A stretch of 64,000 bases of DNA from Patescibacteria group bacterium (GTDB lineage: Bacteria > Patescibacteriota > Minisyncoccia > Phycocordibacterales > Phycocordibacteraceae). The translations under genes were made by a program, and so were the position numbers. Below are positions 10,242 to 19,523 of the stretch, in pieces (position 1 is the first letter of the stretch; every line of letters starts with the position of its first letter). Where the stretch lies: NCBI GenBank assembly GCA_038064695.1, contig JBBTSO010000005.1:42070-106069 (forward strand), read 5' to 3'. The notes under the pieces were generated by a model that saw only the letters and a list, made by a program, of their open reading frames with translations, was not told where the DNA came from and ran no database searches.

Positions 10242-11762
10242 ATGACATTCGTTTCAAAGTACAAGCCCTTTAAAAAAAAGACACTGGTGACGCTCATGGC
10301 CGCACTGTTTTTGTTTCCTTTTTTCGCCCAGGCTGCTACCCCGACAGCGACACTCACCGTAACCCCCTCGACGGTTTTTCCTCCAGCTACGGGGACAAAC
10401 AATACACAAGTGTATGTAACGTGGTCGTCAACAAACGCTACGAGCTGTTCAATCGTTCGTCAAAAGCCTGACCTAACCAAATCAACTCTCCCTACAGGTG
10501 GAGCAAAAAGCGGTTCATACATTGACCGTGCGCTTGAGGTTGGTTTTACTAATTATGAACTCACTTGCTTTGGCGGGGGCACGTCAGTGAAGGTTACAAA
10601 AACGGTAATAGGGCAGTCTCCGTATGCTGGTCCATCTACTGGTTATGGGACGGGAGCTGGACAGTGCGCGAGTGGTGTTTGTCTGTCATCGCCAGGTGTG
10701 CTGTACATTCCATGCAGCATTCTTCTGACCAGCGATAAAACCACCACGCTCGGTTTTACCAATGACTCTGCCGCGATCACGCTTGGTCAGAGTGTGAAAT
10801 TGATTTGGAGTAGTATCATTTTTGCCGGCAACACTGCAAATATTATTAACTACGGACCTATTTCGCCTCCATCAGGCGGTTCGGTAACGGTTACCCCAAC
10901 TCAAACAATCACGTACACTGCTCAGTGTACGTTTGGAGGCGCTGGCATTTACGGTTACTCAGGGGGTACCATTAACTCAAACTCAATCACTATCAACGTC
11001 GCACCGCCTTCGGTGTCCGGAACCTGTAGTGTCTCTCCTGCAGGCATCACCTCAGGCTCTTCGGCTACGTGGACTGCGGTACCAAGCGGAGGCGATGGAA
11101 CCTACACGTATTCTTGGAGTGGTACCAGCGGACTTACTGGTACTGCCCGCACGGTAACGAAATCATATTCAACGACCGGCACAAAAACCGGAACAGTCAT
11201 CATCACCTCTGCGGGCGTTTCAAAAACAGTCCAATGTTCCAACTCACTCATCGTTTCAAGTCCGACACCACAATGCTCAAACGGTATTGATGATGACGGC
11301 GATGGCCGCATTGACTCGGCAGACTATGGATGTACATCCTCCGGTGGAGGTGGAAACATTGCAAACGACCCTACTGAATCACCCAATCCTCAATGTTCGG
11401 ACGGGGTTGATAATAACGGCAATGGGTTGATTGACACTGCTGACGTGGGCGCGTGCACGGATCCTGCTGATAGTAATGAACAACCACTGCCTGGCTCAAC
11501 ACTTTCTCTTTCTGGTTCCGCGCTTGTTCAAAAGTCTTTACCCGCAACACTCATATGGTCGGTTTCTAATGTTCGCGCGGGGTCGTGTACTCTGTTCGGT
11601 ACCAATGGCGACTCCTGGGATCTTACAGGAACGTCGGGCGTTCTTGTATCATCGACTATTTCCGGAGAAACCACCTTCACCCTTCAGTGTCTTGATTTGA
11701 ACGGAAATCCCACAAGTAAAACTCATAACGTTAAAGTTGCACCCTCGTTTGAGGAAGTTTAA
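10242..11762 (+). CDS. Secreted Thr/Ser/Gly-rich multi-Ig-like (PKD-like) surface protein with Cys/Asp Ca-binding-like repeats
   Basis: Signal peptide ending AQA; repeated LxWSS..ATSC / TYTxxC modules; CSNGIDDDGDGRID and CSDGVDNNGNGLID. Confidence 0.75.
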   Translation: MTFVSKYKPFKKKTLVTLMAALFLFPFFAQAATPTATLTVTPSTVFPPATGTNNTQVYVTWSSTNATSCSIVRQKPDLTKSTLPTGGAKSGSYIDRALEVGFTNYELTCFGGGTSVKVTKTVIGQSPYAGPSTGYGTGAGQCASGVCLSSPGVLYIPCSILLTSDKTTTLGFTNDSAAITLGQSVKLIWSSIIFAGNTANIINYGPISPPSGGSVTVTPTQTITYTAQCTFGGAGIYGYSGGTINSNSITINVAPPSVSGTCSVSPAGITSGSSATWTAVPSGGDGTYTYSWSGTSGLTGTARTVTKSYSTTGTKTGTVIITSAGVSKTVQCSNSLIVSSPTPQCSNGIDDDGDGRIDSADYGCTSSGGGGNIANDPTESPNPQCSDGVDNNGNGLIDTADVGACTDPADSNEQPLPGSTLSLSGSALVQKSLPATLIWSVSNVRAGSCTLFGTNGDSWDLTGTSGVLVSSTISGETTFTLQCLDLNGNPTSKTHNVKVAPSFEEV

Positions 11763-11875
11763 CCGTACTCACATAGGAGTGCATTGTATTTAGTATTATG
11801 GACATCTTAAACACTACCCCCAGTCGTTGATTGGAAGCACTTTTTGTGTTGGGTCAAGTGGTATGATACTGGTAT

Positions 11876-13243
11876 ATGAATATTCTTAATACGATAGGTT
11901 ATTTCATTGTTCAAGTTGTTGCGGGAGCATTAACATTTGTTGGAATACAAACCCCGATAAACCCCACACTCAACGTTACCCTCGGTGCATTACCAACCAC
12001 CATTAATGCGGGGGAGGTAGCAAAATTATCGTGGTCTTCTAATGGCGCGGTAGAGTGTACGAGTATTGATTTTAGTACAGGAAGCCAGGTTGTGGGCAAC
12101 AAAGACGTATCACCAACACAGACCACTACGTACAATATTTTGTGCTTTGATGCAAAATCAACCGCACTTGCAACACCAGGAACGTGGCAGCTAAGTGACA
12201 CTGACTATACCGATTTCGCCTGCCCGGTATCAACCGTGGAGCTTGATTTGGGGAACGGAGTCACTGAACCAATTCCTGAGTGTGCGGGGTCTGTGCCAAA
12301 ACAAAACTGCCCCGTGAACCAAAATGGCGGATGTAACTGGTCCAATTCATTTGAACCTTCGGGAACAGCGTGTTCAGGAACTGGTCAGTGTAAGGTGAGC
12401 TCTTCGAGTCAGAGTTGTGTCGTCAAAACAAAAATATATTCTTGTACACCTACACCAGTGACGACGGGAACGTGGACGCTCGTCGGAAGCGACCTCTCAG
12501 ATATCTTCATATTTCCTGGGGGAGATCCAAGCAAGAATCAAATTTACCGTGGAATGCAAGACTGCCCGGTACCAGACCCTGAAGGCAAGTCATGTACCAG
12601 TGCAAATCGATGCAAAACGAACAAAACGGTTGGATGGTTGGTTTACACCGACATTTATGCGTGCCAGGGAGGCGGAACAGCACCAAAACCCCAAAACCTT
12701 AATGCGGTGAGTTCACAAGTAACGGTGACAGTGAATCAAGCAGTTACTCCACCCGGGGGTGGAGGTGGGGGAAGCGGACAATGTTCTGACAAAAAAGATA
12801 ATGATAACGACGGAAAAGTTGATAGTGCCGATTTTGGTTGTTCAATAGGAACAGGGAACGAGAGCCCAAATCCGCAGTGTTCAGACGGCATTGATAATAA
12901 TAACAACGGGCTCATTGATCTTAAAGACACAGGAGCCTGCACAAGTTCTACTGATAATAATGAGCGGTTTCCTGACGGTGCAGCAACACTTTCGGCAGAT
13001 ACACTCGTGTTAAAAAATACTTCCGCCCGCATTTCGTGGAGTATCAGTAACGTTGTTGCCGGTTCGTGTGTCTTGAAAGGAACAAACGGTGACACATGGA
13101 CTCTCACTGGTAATTCAGGGACGGTGACTTCGTCTCCGCTCGCAAATGAAACTCAATTTACTTTAACCTGTACTGACCTCAACGCACGTTCAATTAAACA
13201 GTCGGTGACCGTAAAAATTGCTCCAACGTTCGACGAGCAGTAA
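11876..13243 (+). CDS. Cys-rich surface protein, paralogous C-terminus to the upstream gene
   Basis: Ig-like module, two Cys-rich repeats (PGTWQL../TGTWTL..), CSDKKDNDNDGKVD, CSDGIDNNNNGLID, ends KIAPTFDEQ versus KVAPSFEEV. Confidence 0.75.
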   Translation: MNILNTIGYFIVQVVAGALTFVGIQTPINPTLNVTLGALPTTINAGEVAKLSWSSNGAVECTSIDFSTGSQVVGNKDVSPTQTTTYNILCFDAKSTALATPGTWQLSDTDYTDFACPVSTVELDLGNGVTEPIPECAGSVPKQNCPVNQNGGCNWSNSFEPSGTACSGTGQCKVSSSSQSCVVKTKIYSCTPTPVTTGTWTLVGSDLSDIFIFPGGDPSKNQIYRGMQDCPVPDPEGKSCTSANRCKTNKTVGWLVYTDIYACQGGGTAPKPQNLNAVSSQVTVTVNQAVTPPGGGGGGSGQCSDKKDNDNDGKVDSADFGCSIGTGNESPNPQCSDGIDNNNNGLIDLKDTGACTSSTDNNERFPDGAATLSADTLVLKNTSARISWSISNVVAGSCVLKGTNGDTWTLTGNSGTVTSSPLANETQFTLTCTDLNARSIKQSVTVKIAPTFDEQ

Positions 13244-13247
13244 AAAT

Positions 13248-13278
13248 AAAAAACATCTGCTTCGGCAGATGTTTTTTT
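13248..13278 (+). terminator. Intrinsic, probably bidirectional terminator
   Basis: AAAAAACATCTGC-ttcg-GCAGATGTTTTTT. Confidence 0.85.
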
Positions 13279-13284
13279 GGTAGG

Positions 13285-13441
13285 CATGACTCCACGGAGA
13301 AGTGTCCTGTTGGAGACAACAAGCACGCATCGGTCAAGCGCTCGTTCGTCGCCGGTCGCTCCTCACTCCGCCTGACCACGCTCGCGTCGTCCCGATAGCT
13401 TTCGGGTCCCGCGACGCTCGTCTTCGATTTTCCGTAGAGCC
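13285..13441. repeat. GC-rich structured element bounded by direct and inverted copies of the tRNA-Glu 3' end
   Basis: 13285-13301 is identical to 13492-13508 (CATGACTCCACGGAGAA); 13423-13441 TTCGATTTTCCGTAGAGCC matches the tRNA 3' end 16/19 in the opposite orientation. Confidence 0.75.
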
Positions 13442-13448
13442 TCGGTGA

Positions 13449-13491
13449 AATACTAAAAAACTACATACGAATGTATGTAGTTTTAAGTATT
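13449..13491 (-). terminator. Hairpin directly after tRNA-Glu
   Basis: AATACT..AAAACTACATAC-gaat-GTATGTAGTTTT..AGTATT. Confidence 0.7.
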
Positions 13492-13493
13492 CA

Positions 13494-13565
13494 TGACTCC
13501 ACGGAGAATCGAACTCCGATTTGAACCTTGAGAAGGTCCCGTCCTAGCCGTTAGACGATGGAGCC
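13494..13565 (-). tRNA. tRNA-Glu(CTC), CCA not encoded
   Basis: Reverse complement GGCTCCA..GGACC-TTCTCAA-GGTTC..GGAGTTCGATTCTCC..TGGAGTCA folds as a cloverleaf with anticodon CTC. Confidence 0.95.
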
Positions 13566-13803
13566 AAAATCTAGGCCTATATAGGCGCTAGGCTTTTAGT
13601 ATAAACCAGAAAAGCATAAGAAATATACTACGAATTGGCAAAATAATAAAACAAACGCAACAGTGCCGTGGAACTTTGTTTGGCCGTTCCCTGACTTAGG
13701 TGGGGAGATTAACGACGGAGGCTTGAAGGGGTACCCAGACAAATTTTGTAGAATTTTCCACGTGCTACAGTGGTGAGGTGTGAGTTTATATATAACATAG
13801 TGC

Positions 13804-15633
13804 ATGCACTTTTCTATGAAACAACTTGCCCTTTTTGTGTTATTGGTTCTTGCTGCAGCAAGCATCCCCATAACCTTTATCGAACCTGAATTCAGAGTTG
13901 AAGCGCTCGCTTCATTTAAGAATGATTTTCGCACTCTCGTGGCGTCGCTTTCTTCAGTAGCGCCATCGGGACAGGTAGCGGGCGTCACTTCTCTCGATGT
14001 TTCAGGGGAGAGTTTTTTTAAACGAAGCGATGTACTGCTTTCTCCCCGTGGTGTGGAGAGCGGATGGAAGGCTGTCTACGATTCTTTTTTAGCAAATCGT
14101 ATTGCGTGGACGTACGCATGGAATACTTACGTTCCGCTTGGACAAAAACTTAACATTCCCGTGCAGTGTACGTTTACCTATTGGATTCCGGCAAGTGAGC
14201 CACTCGCGCCACAAATGGAGTGCCCAGGAGCAAAAGGCAAAACAGTTGGCCTTTTGCCCGACGTGCGTACTAAAGCGTGGCAAACGTTCCAGTTGGCAAA
14301 TGTAAAAAAACAAATTGACGCCGGCTGCACCGCGTTTCAACAGGACGGTATGGGAGCTTCGGAAGGCCTATCTTATGGGTGCGGGACGAAGGAAGAAATA
14401 GTCAGTTACAACACATGGCTCCATGATGAGACGCAAAAGTACGCGTGGAGTATTGATCCCTCGCGTCGTATCACATTCTCAACAAATATTACGAACAATC
14501 AATTCAAAAAGAATGACTTCGCATGGATTTTAGACAGTTTTGATTTTTTAGTAAACGAAACGTACGGTGACAGAGCAACTACGCTTTCCTCATTACGTTC
14601 AAGCGCCGCGGAAACTCGGTACTATGACCCCGCGGTGAGTGCGAGCACACTAGCAAGCGAAGACGTATGGCTTAACCAGCGGTTTATTGCATCTGCCTAC
14701 GCGCTAGGGATTCTCCCAATTGCTCCATGGAGTGTCTATACTGGTCCGACAATGCCACGGTTTTATGGGAATGCGACAGACTTTGCAAAGCTTTATAGTG
14801 TTGTCCGAAATAATCAAACCCTTTTTGATTCTTATACATTTCTTCGAGACTCGGACAACACTTCTGGAGTGATTGCCCCCCTTCAACCACTTCACTACTC
14901 AGTGACTCCTGGAGCCGACGGGGGAGTAAAGAGTGTTGATACCGTCACGTATCCTGATCGAGTCACTATAAAGTGGACCGGTCAATCCTCGTATAAAAAA
15001 GTGGTGAAAGGGCAAAAACTACGAATTGGTAGCACGGTATTTACCACCACTGGAGGAAGTAATGTAGGGAACATTTATCTTCCTGTTGGCTCTCAGGTTG
15101 CAGTAAACCAACCGGTATTTATGAAGGATCTCTCAATTCCACCCTCTCCTGTTCTTGTTTCTCAGGGGTTGGTAACCAAAGTGGACGCTACGACGTACCC
15201 GCAGCGTGTAGCGGTAACGTGGACCGGTCGTACGGACGCGGAAAATAAAAATGTCCCCAAGGGAACGACTGTAACCATTGCAGAAAAAAACTATTCAACG
15301 GTCGTTGACACCACGGTGGGTAACATCTATGTGCCAGCAGGTACTCCTGTTGCAGTAGGCGATACCTTCTCAATCTCTAAAACAAAACTTCATGTTGTGG
15401 TAACCACCTCTCAGGTTGATAAAGCAAAACGCGCGGTGCACCTAGTGAATTGGGACGACACAACGGTACGCCCGGGTCTTTCACTTTCAAAGTATGACTT
15501 TCCGAAACCACCAAATAAAATCGTTACCTCAGAGGCATCGGTCGCAACAGCGATTACTCCGGAGCTTCGAGGTAACTATTACGTCTACACACTTCCTCCG
15601 CTTGATACCTGGCTAATTTTATTCGCTGAGTGA
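13804..15633 (+). CDS. Secreted protein, possible glycoside-hydrolase-like barrel with duplicated beta module
   Basis: Signal peptide (start may be 13816); QIDAGCTAFQQD and FDFLVNE strands; internal repeat V..VD..TYP.RV...WTG..VGNIY.P; C-terminal HLVNWD. Confidence 0.55.
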   Translation: MHFSMKQLALFVLLVLAAASIPITFIEPEFRVEALASFKNDFRTLVASLSSVAPSGQVAGVTSLDVSGESFFKRSDVLLSPRGVESGWKAVYDSFLANRIAWTYAWNTYVPLGQKLNIPVQCTFTYWIPASEPLAPQMECPGAKGKTVGLLPDVRTKAWQTFQLANVKKQIDAGCTAFQQDGMGASEGLSYGCGTKEEIVSYNTWLHDETQKYAWSIDPSRRITFSTNITNNQFKKNDFAWILDSFDFLVNETYGDRATTLSSLRSSAAETRYYDPAVSASTLASEDVWLNQRFIASAYALGILPIAPWSVYTGPTMPRFYGNATDFAKLYSVVRNNQTLFDSYTFLRDSDNTSGVIAPLQPLHYSVTPGADGGVKSVDTVTYPDRVTIKWTGQSSYKKVVKGQKLRIGSTVFTTTGGSNVGNIYLPVGSQVAVNQPVFMKDLSIPPSPVLVSQGLVTKVDATTYPQRVAVTWTGRTDAENKNVPKGTTVTIAEKNYSTVVDTTVGNIYVPAGTPVAVGDTFSISKTKLHVVVTTSQVDKAKRAVHLVNWDDTTVRPGLSLSKYDFPKPPNKIVTSEASVATAITPELRGNYYVYTLPPLDTWLILFAE

Positions 15634-15672
15634 TTTGAGTGTTGATTGGTGTATTTACTTTCGCAATTCAAT

Positions 15673-15708
15673 AAACAAAAACCCCCGCACCGCGAGGGTT
15701 TTTGTTTT
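15673..15708. terminator. Bidirectional terminator between convergent genes
   Basis: AAACAAAAACCC..GGGTTTTTGTTT. Confidence 0.8.
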
Positions 15709-15962
15709 TATATTACGCGTTTTGTTTTTACTGTTCGGCGCACAGCGTCAGCCATCAACAGAGCTCCTGTTGGGATAGTAGCTAAACCGGTAGCAGGGAG
15801 ATAGACATTTTCAACCATTTTGTCTTCATCGGTAAGGAATGTCTCGTTATCCGTGAAGAACTCGGTGAAACCAGCACCAAGAATTATGGCAGGAACAATT
15901 AAAGTTAAGATTGCTCCCGCGACATATTCTATCTTGTTTACTACTTCTTTATTAATTGCCAT
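15708..15962 (-). CDS. Small two-TM hypothetical protein
   Basis: 84 aa, two hydrophobic segments, upstream TTGACA/TATAAT on the minus strand. Confidence 0.6.
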   Translation of the reverse strand: MAINKEVVNKIEYVAGAILTLIVPAIILGAGFTEFFTDNETFLTDEDKMVENVYLPATGLATIPTGALLMADAVRRTVKTKRVI

Positions 15963-16064
15963 ATAAATTTCTTTTAAATTTTTTAATTAACACACTTTAA
16001 AAAGTGTTCCGAGCATTATACTCCACTGAGTGCTTATTGTCAAGTATTACGGGAATTAAAATCT

Positions 16065-16304
16065 TTATCCAGCGAAGGCGCGATTACCTGCAAGCGAAAA
16101 GGCAAACCATCCAGGGAAAAACGCCATAGCAAGTGCCGCTACGAATACTGCCGGTTCAGTAAAATCAACATATCCTTCGGAGGTTTCTGCAACAAGCCTA
16201 AAACCTTCTGTTCGGTGAGCTTCAAAACCTGCAACCGCTGTGAAACCTCCGAGTACGGTTCCTCCTACTAAAAACATCGAACTTCCAAATGCGTGAAAAC
16301 TCAT
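16065..16304 (-). CDS. Small two-TM hypothetical protein
   Basis: 79 aa, hydrophobic at both ends. Confidence 0.5.
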   Translation of the reverse strand: MSFHAFGSSMFLVGGTVLGGFTAVAGFEAHRTEGFRLVAETSEGYVDFTEPAVFVAALAMAFFPGWFAFSLAGNRAFAG

Positions 16305-16319
16305 AAAACTATATTTTAT

Positions 16320-16709
16320 TTACTTTGGGATTTTTGTCAATTTTTGATTATACTGTAAGGCAAATTCCATATCATTCTTTATTGCCAGCTTCAAATCTTC
16401 AAGATTGGCAAATGCTTCCTTTTCTCGTATTTTTTTAAATACTAAAACCCGCACTGGTTCCCCGTATATGTCTTTCGTAAACCCAAAAAGGTGCGCTTCA
16501 AGAATTCCACGTTCCGGGTCAGCGTAGAGTCCTGCGTTATAGGTAGCGCCACAGTACTCCACCACTCCCACAAAACTACCGGAGAAGTGGTGTTCTCCAA
16601 GAGGAATGTTTACGGTGGGGTACCCCAACGTTCGCGCGAACTGCCCACCTAGGGAGACAATGCCTGAAACAGTAAAGAGTGGAATGTTAGGTGAATGATT
16701 CATCAACAA
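16320..16709 (-). CDS. Stand-alone riboflavin kinase (RibF C-terminal domain only)
   Basis: RTLGYPTVNI, LEAHLFGFTKDIYGE, KKIREKEAF; no FAD synthetase domain. Confidence 0.85.
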   Translation of the reverse strand: MLMNHSPNIPLFTVSGIVSLGGQFARTLGYPTVNIPLGEHHFSGSFVGVVEYCGATYNAGLYADPERGILEAHLFGFTKDIYGEPVRVLVFKKIREKEAFANLEDLKLAIKNDMEFALQYNQKLTKIPK

Positions 16710-17139
16710 CCGCCTTTACGTCGCCACCGTCTGCCTTGCCTGCAAGGTCTTTCATTACCATTCCCACCAAACGGCCCGCGTCTTTTTTATCACTAACATT
16801 TAGTTCAGCTTTTTTTGCGTCTACTATTTTTTTAATATCGTCTCTCCTCATCAGAGCAGGAAGGTATGCTTCTAGGAGCGCCTGTTCGGCTTCTTCTTTT
16901 TGCGCGGACTCTTCTCGGCCACCGGAGCGGAAGGCAAGAACTGATTCTTTACGCTTTTTTACCTCGCGTCGTATGACCGCGAGCGCGTCTTCGTCAGAAA
17001 GCTCGTCGGTAGGTTTTTTGCCTTTGGCGACAAGTTCATTGGTGAACGCCGCCGTGAGCCCACGGAGCACTTCGGTTTTAAGTGGGTCCTTCGCCTTCAT
17101 GGCGGTCATAATTCCATCTTTTATGCTTTTTTGTATCAT
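16687..17139 (-). CDS. GatB/YqeY domain protein
   Basis: AMKAKD, REVKKRKES..FRSGGR, LEAYLP, KADGGDVK; start moved to ATG 17139. Confidence 0.9.
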   Translation of the reverse strand: MIQKSIKDGIMTAMKAKDPLKTEVLRGLTAAFTNELVAKGKKPTDELSDEDALAVIRREVKKRKESVLAFRSGGREESAQKEEAEQALLEAYLPALMRRDDIKKIVDAKKAELNVSDKKDAGRLVGMVMKDLAGKADGGDVKAVVDESFT

Positions 17140-17182
17140 TCCAACAGTATAACGCGTTACGTCGGAATGGTAGAATAGAGAT

Positions 17183-18223
17183 ATGAACGAATTTTTCTCG
17201 GTGGCGTTAGCGTTTTTGGTACTCATAAACCTCGCAGTTCTTTTTTTTGTTTTTACTCGTAAACAATCAGGTGGGTCAGAGGGTGTGCAGATGTTGAACG
17301 ATCGCATTGTGGAGCTGTCGCGGACTTTGGACGAACGCCTTGACCGCACTCAGCAGTCTTTACACGAGTCAGTGAAGACACAAATGTCGGAGTCGTTTCG
17401 ACTCATTAAAGACGTCACCGCAGGGCTCACCAAGTTGGATGAAACGAACCGCCAAGTGGTGTCGTTTGCCGACCAGCTTCAAAACTTGCAAGATATTTTA
17501 AAAAATCCAAAACAGCGAGGTATTTTAGGCGAATACTACCTCGAAACGGTTTTGAAAAACGTAATGCCGCCAGGGAGTTTCCAAATGCAGTACGGGTTTA
17601 AAAACGGTGAAATAGTGGACGCAGTCGTTTTTATGCGTGACCGTATTATTCCCATAGATTCAAAGTTTTCATTAGACAACTACAACAAGGCCATTGAGGC
17701 GCGTGAGGGAAGTGAGCGCGAAGGATACGAGAAAATGTTTAAACAAGACTTGAAAGTGCGCATTGACGAAACCAGCAAATACGTGCGACCTGAAGAAAAC
17801 ACGATGGAATTTGCGTTTATGTTTATCCCCTCAGAGGGTGTGTATTATGACCTGCTGGTGAACCAGGTGGGAGCAATGAAAACCAACACGCGGGATTTGA
17901 TTGAATATGCGTTTAGTAAAAAAGTGATCATTGTTTCGCCGACCTCATTTTTGGCGTATTTGCAAACGGTCTTGCAAGGACTCAAAGGACTTCAAATTGA
18001 AGAGCAGGCAAAAGAAATTCAAAAGAGGGTAGGGGAGTTAGGAAAACATATCAAGGCGTATGAGGATTATTTTGCAAAAATAGGCAATACGCTCCAGACT
18101 ACGGTAAACCACTACAACGCGGCCCACAAAGAGCTTGGTAAGGTAGACAAAGACGTGCTCCGCATTACCGGGGAAGCCCCAGGCATTGAAGTGGTGAGTC
18201 TCCAGGGGGTTGATAGGGAATAG
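17183..18223 (+). CDS. rmuC: DNA recombination protein RmuC
   Basis: N-terminal TM, coiled coil, KQRGILGE, IPIDSKF, AFMFIPSE, VSPTSF. Confidence 0.92.
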   Translation: MNEFFSVALAFLVLINLAVLFFVFTRKQSGGSEGVQMLNDRIVELSRTLDERLDRTQQSLHESVKTQMSESFRLIKDVTAGLTKLDETNRQVVSFADQLQNLQDILKNPKQRGILGEYYLETVLKNVMPPGSFQMQYGFKNGEIVDAVVFMRDRIIPIDSKFSLDNYNKAIEAREGSEREGYEKMFKQDLKVRIDETSKYVRPEENTMEFAFMFIPSEGVYYDLLVNQVGAMKTNTRDLIEYAFSKKVIIVSPTSFLAYLQTVLQGLKGLQIEEQAKEIQKRVGELGKHIKAYEDYFAKIGNTLQTTVNHYNAAHKELGKVDKDVLRITGEAPGIEVVSLQGVDRE

Positions 18224-18261
18224 ACTTGACACTCATTCCTTCGTTTGGCATCGTTCGGAGA

Positions 18262-18876
18262 ATGTCTGAACTCACTACCTTTTTTAAACATTCCGTACAC
18301 ACCACTAACTATTATTTTGGAGGGGATGAAGCGTCAAAAACAAAAACCAATGTTAGCGCTTTGGTATGGGCACTTGCGGTGGGTGCGGGTGTTGCAGTGT
18401 TTATCGCTCTTGAGCAAGGCGACGTCCCTGATGGAGACGATCAATCCCCCTATGGTACCGACCGAGCCGCGGGAGAAGATGAGGCAGGGCGTAAAGTGCG
18501 TGAGCGAGGGGGCGGGAGAGACAGCGGGGAAGTACGCGAGTATCGGAGTTGGATGTCCATGTCTAACGATGAACTTCTCGCTTACTATCATGAACATTAT
18601 GAGGGATTGTCTCGGGGGAAATTAGCGCAACTTGATGAGAATTTTTATAGCGCTCTCAGAAGGCGTGGCCTCATTGATGAAATTCCTTTCGCACAGCAAA
18701 ACGATTGGGCGTCTATGTCTGACCAACAACTTTTAGATTATTATCACGATCGTTACGAGGGTGTGTCTCGGGGAAAGTTACGGGAAGTTGATCAAAATCT
18801 TTATCACGCACTTTGGAAACGCGGTCTTCTTGACGAAATTCCAACCGCGAGAGAGCTGAAAGAAGAAAAACAATAA
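18262..18876 (+). CDS. Membrane-anchored hypothetical protein with two 52-aa tandem repeats
   Basis: TM segment, then W.SMS...LL.YYH..YEG.SRGKL...D.N.Y.AL..RGL.DEIP twice; the ORF-track TTG at 18226 coincides with a TTGACA -35, so ATG 18262 is preferred. Confidence 0.7.
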   Translation: MSELTTFFKHSVHTTNYYFGGDEASKTKTNVSALVWALAVGAGVAVFIALEQGDVPDGDDQSPYGTDRAAGEDEAGRKVRERGGGRDSGEVREYRSWMSMSNDELLAYYHEHYEGLSRGKLAQLDENFYSALRRRGLIDEIPFAQQNDWASMSDQQLLDYYHDRYEGVSRGKLREVDQNLYHALWKRGLLDEIPTARELKEEKQ

Positions 18877-18940
18877 CTGTTTTTATTCAGTTATGACGCA
18901 CCATTGCTAAAACAAGGGTTTTTAGGTAGTATAGGGCGAT

Positions 18941-19255
18941 ATGAAACTAGCTGTTATAAAGACCGGTGGGAAGCAGTACCTTGCGGAAGTGGGGACTGTT
19001 TTGACCGTTGAAAAGTTTGGGAAAGACCTCAAAAAAGGCGACAAAGTGAGCTTTGAAAATGTCCTTTTGACCGACGACGGAAAGAGTACGTCAGTGGGAA
19101 TGCCAGAGTTGAAGGGTGAAAAAGTTGACGCGGAAGTTATTGCCGTCGGGAAAGGTGAAAAGAAAGTGGTACTCCGCTACAAAGCAAAGAGTAACTACAA
19201 GAAGAAGAAAGGTCACCGACAGCCGTTTGTGAAGGTGAAAATTACTTCGGTGTAG
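18941..19255 (+). CDS. rplU: 50S ribosomal protein L21
   Basis: AVIKTGGKQY, KKKGHRQ. Confidence 0.97.
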   Translation: MKLAVIKTGGKQYLAEVGTVLTVEKFGKDLKKGDKVSFENVLLTDDGKSTSVGMPELKGEKVDAEVIAVGKGEKKVVLRYKAKSNYKKKKGHRQPFVKVKITSV

Positions 19256-19256
19256 T

Positions 19257-19385
19257 ATGAGTCACCACAAAGAAACACTTGCTGGTTTCTTTGTAGATAT
19301 GGAAGAGGGATGGGGGACTAGTGCCCTCTTTTTTCTTACAGGCCTACTGGTCCTACGCCTTTGGTTTCGTCTTCGAGGCCGTTAA
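19257..19385 (+). CDS. Possible 42-aa membrane microprotein (not in ORF track)
   Basis: MSHHKETLAGFFVDMEEGWGTSALFFLTGLLVLRLWFRLRGR*, starts 1 nt after the rplU stop. Confidence 0.3.
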   Translation: MSHHKETLAGFFVDMEEGWGTSALFFLTGLLVLRLWFRLRGR

Positions 19386-19523
19386 CGTATGAGTATATTT
19401 GAACGTGATGCGTTTGTAATACAGGGAGACTCGGTCAGTATTGGGGAGTTGTTTTTTTGGAATGAGTGCAGCATCAGTTTTGGTGAGCTGCGCGCTCGGA
19501 GTCTTTTCTTCACGTAGGAAATT

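Noticed and set aside
11270-13243. Diversity-generating retroelement TR/VR pair in the paralogous C-termini
   Set aside because: Differences are not adenine-specific, both copies are coding, and no reverse transcriptase is present
13285-13508. Prophage or genomic island att pair at tRNA-Glu
   Set aside because: The direct repeats are only 207 bp apart with no coding content; kept as a mini element instead
16011-16036. CIRCE-like inverted repeat (GAGCATT..AGTGCTT)
   Set aside because: Poor match to TTAGCACTC-N9-GAGTGCTAA and not upstream of chaperone genes
19389-19517. Second 42-codon ORF between rplU and recR
   Set aside because: No TM, motif or promoter support
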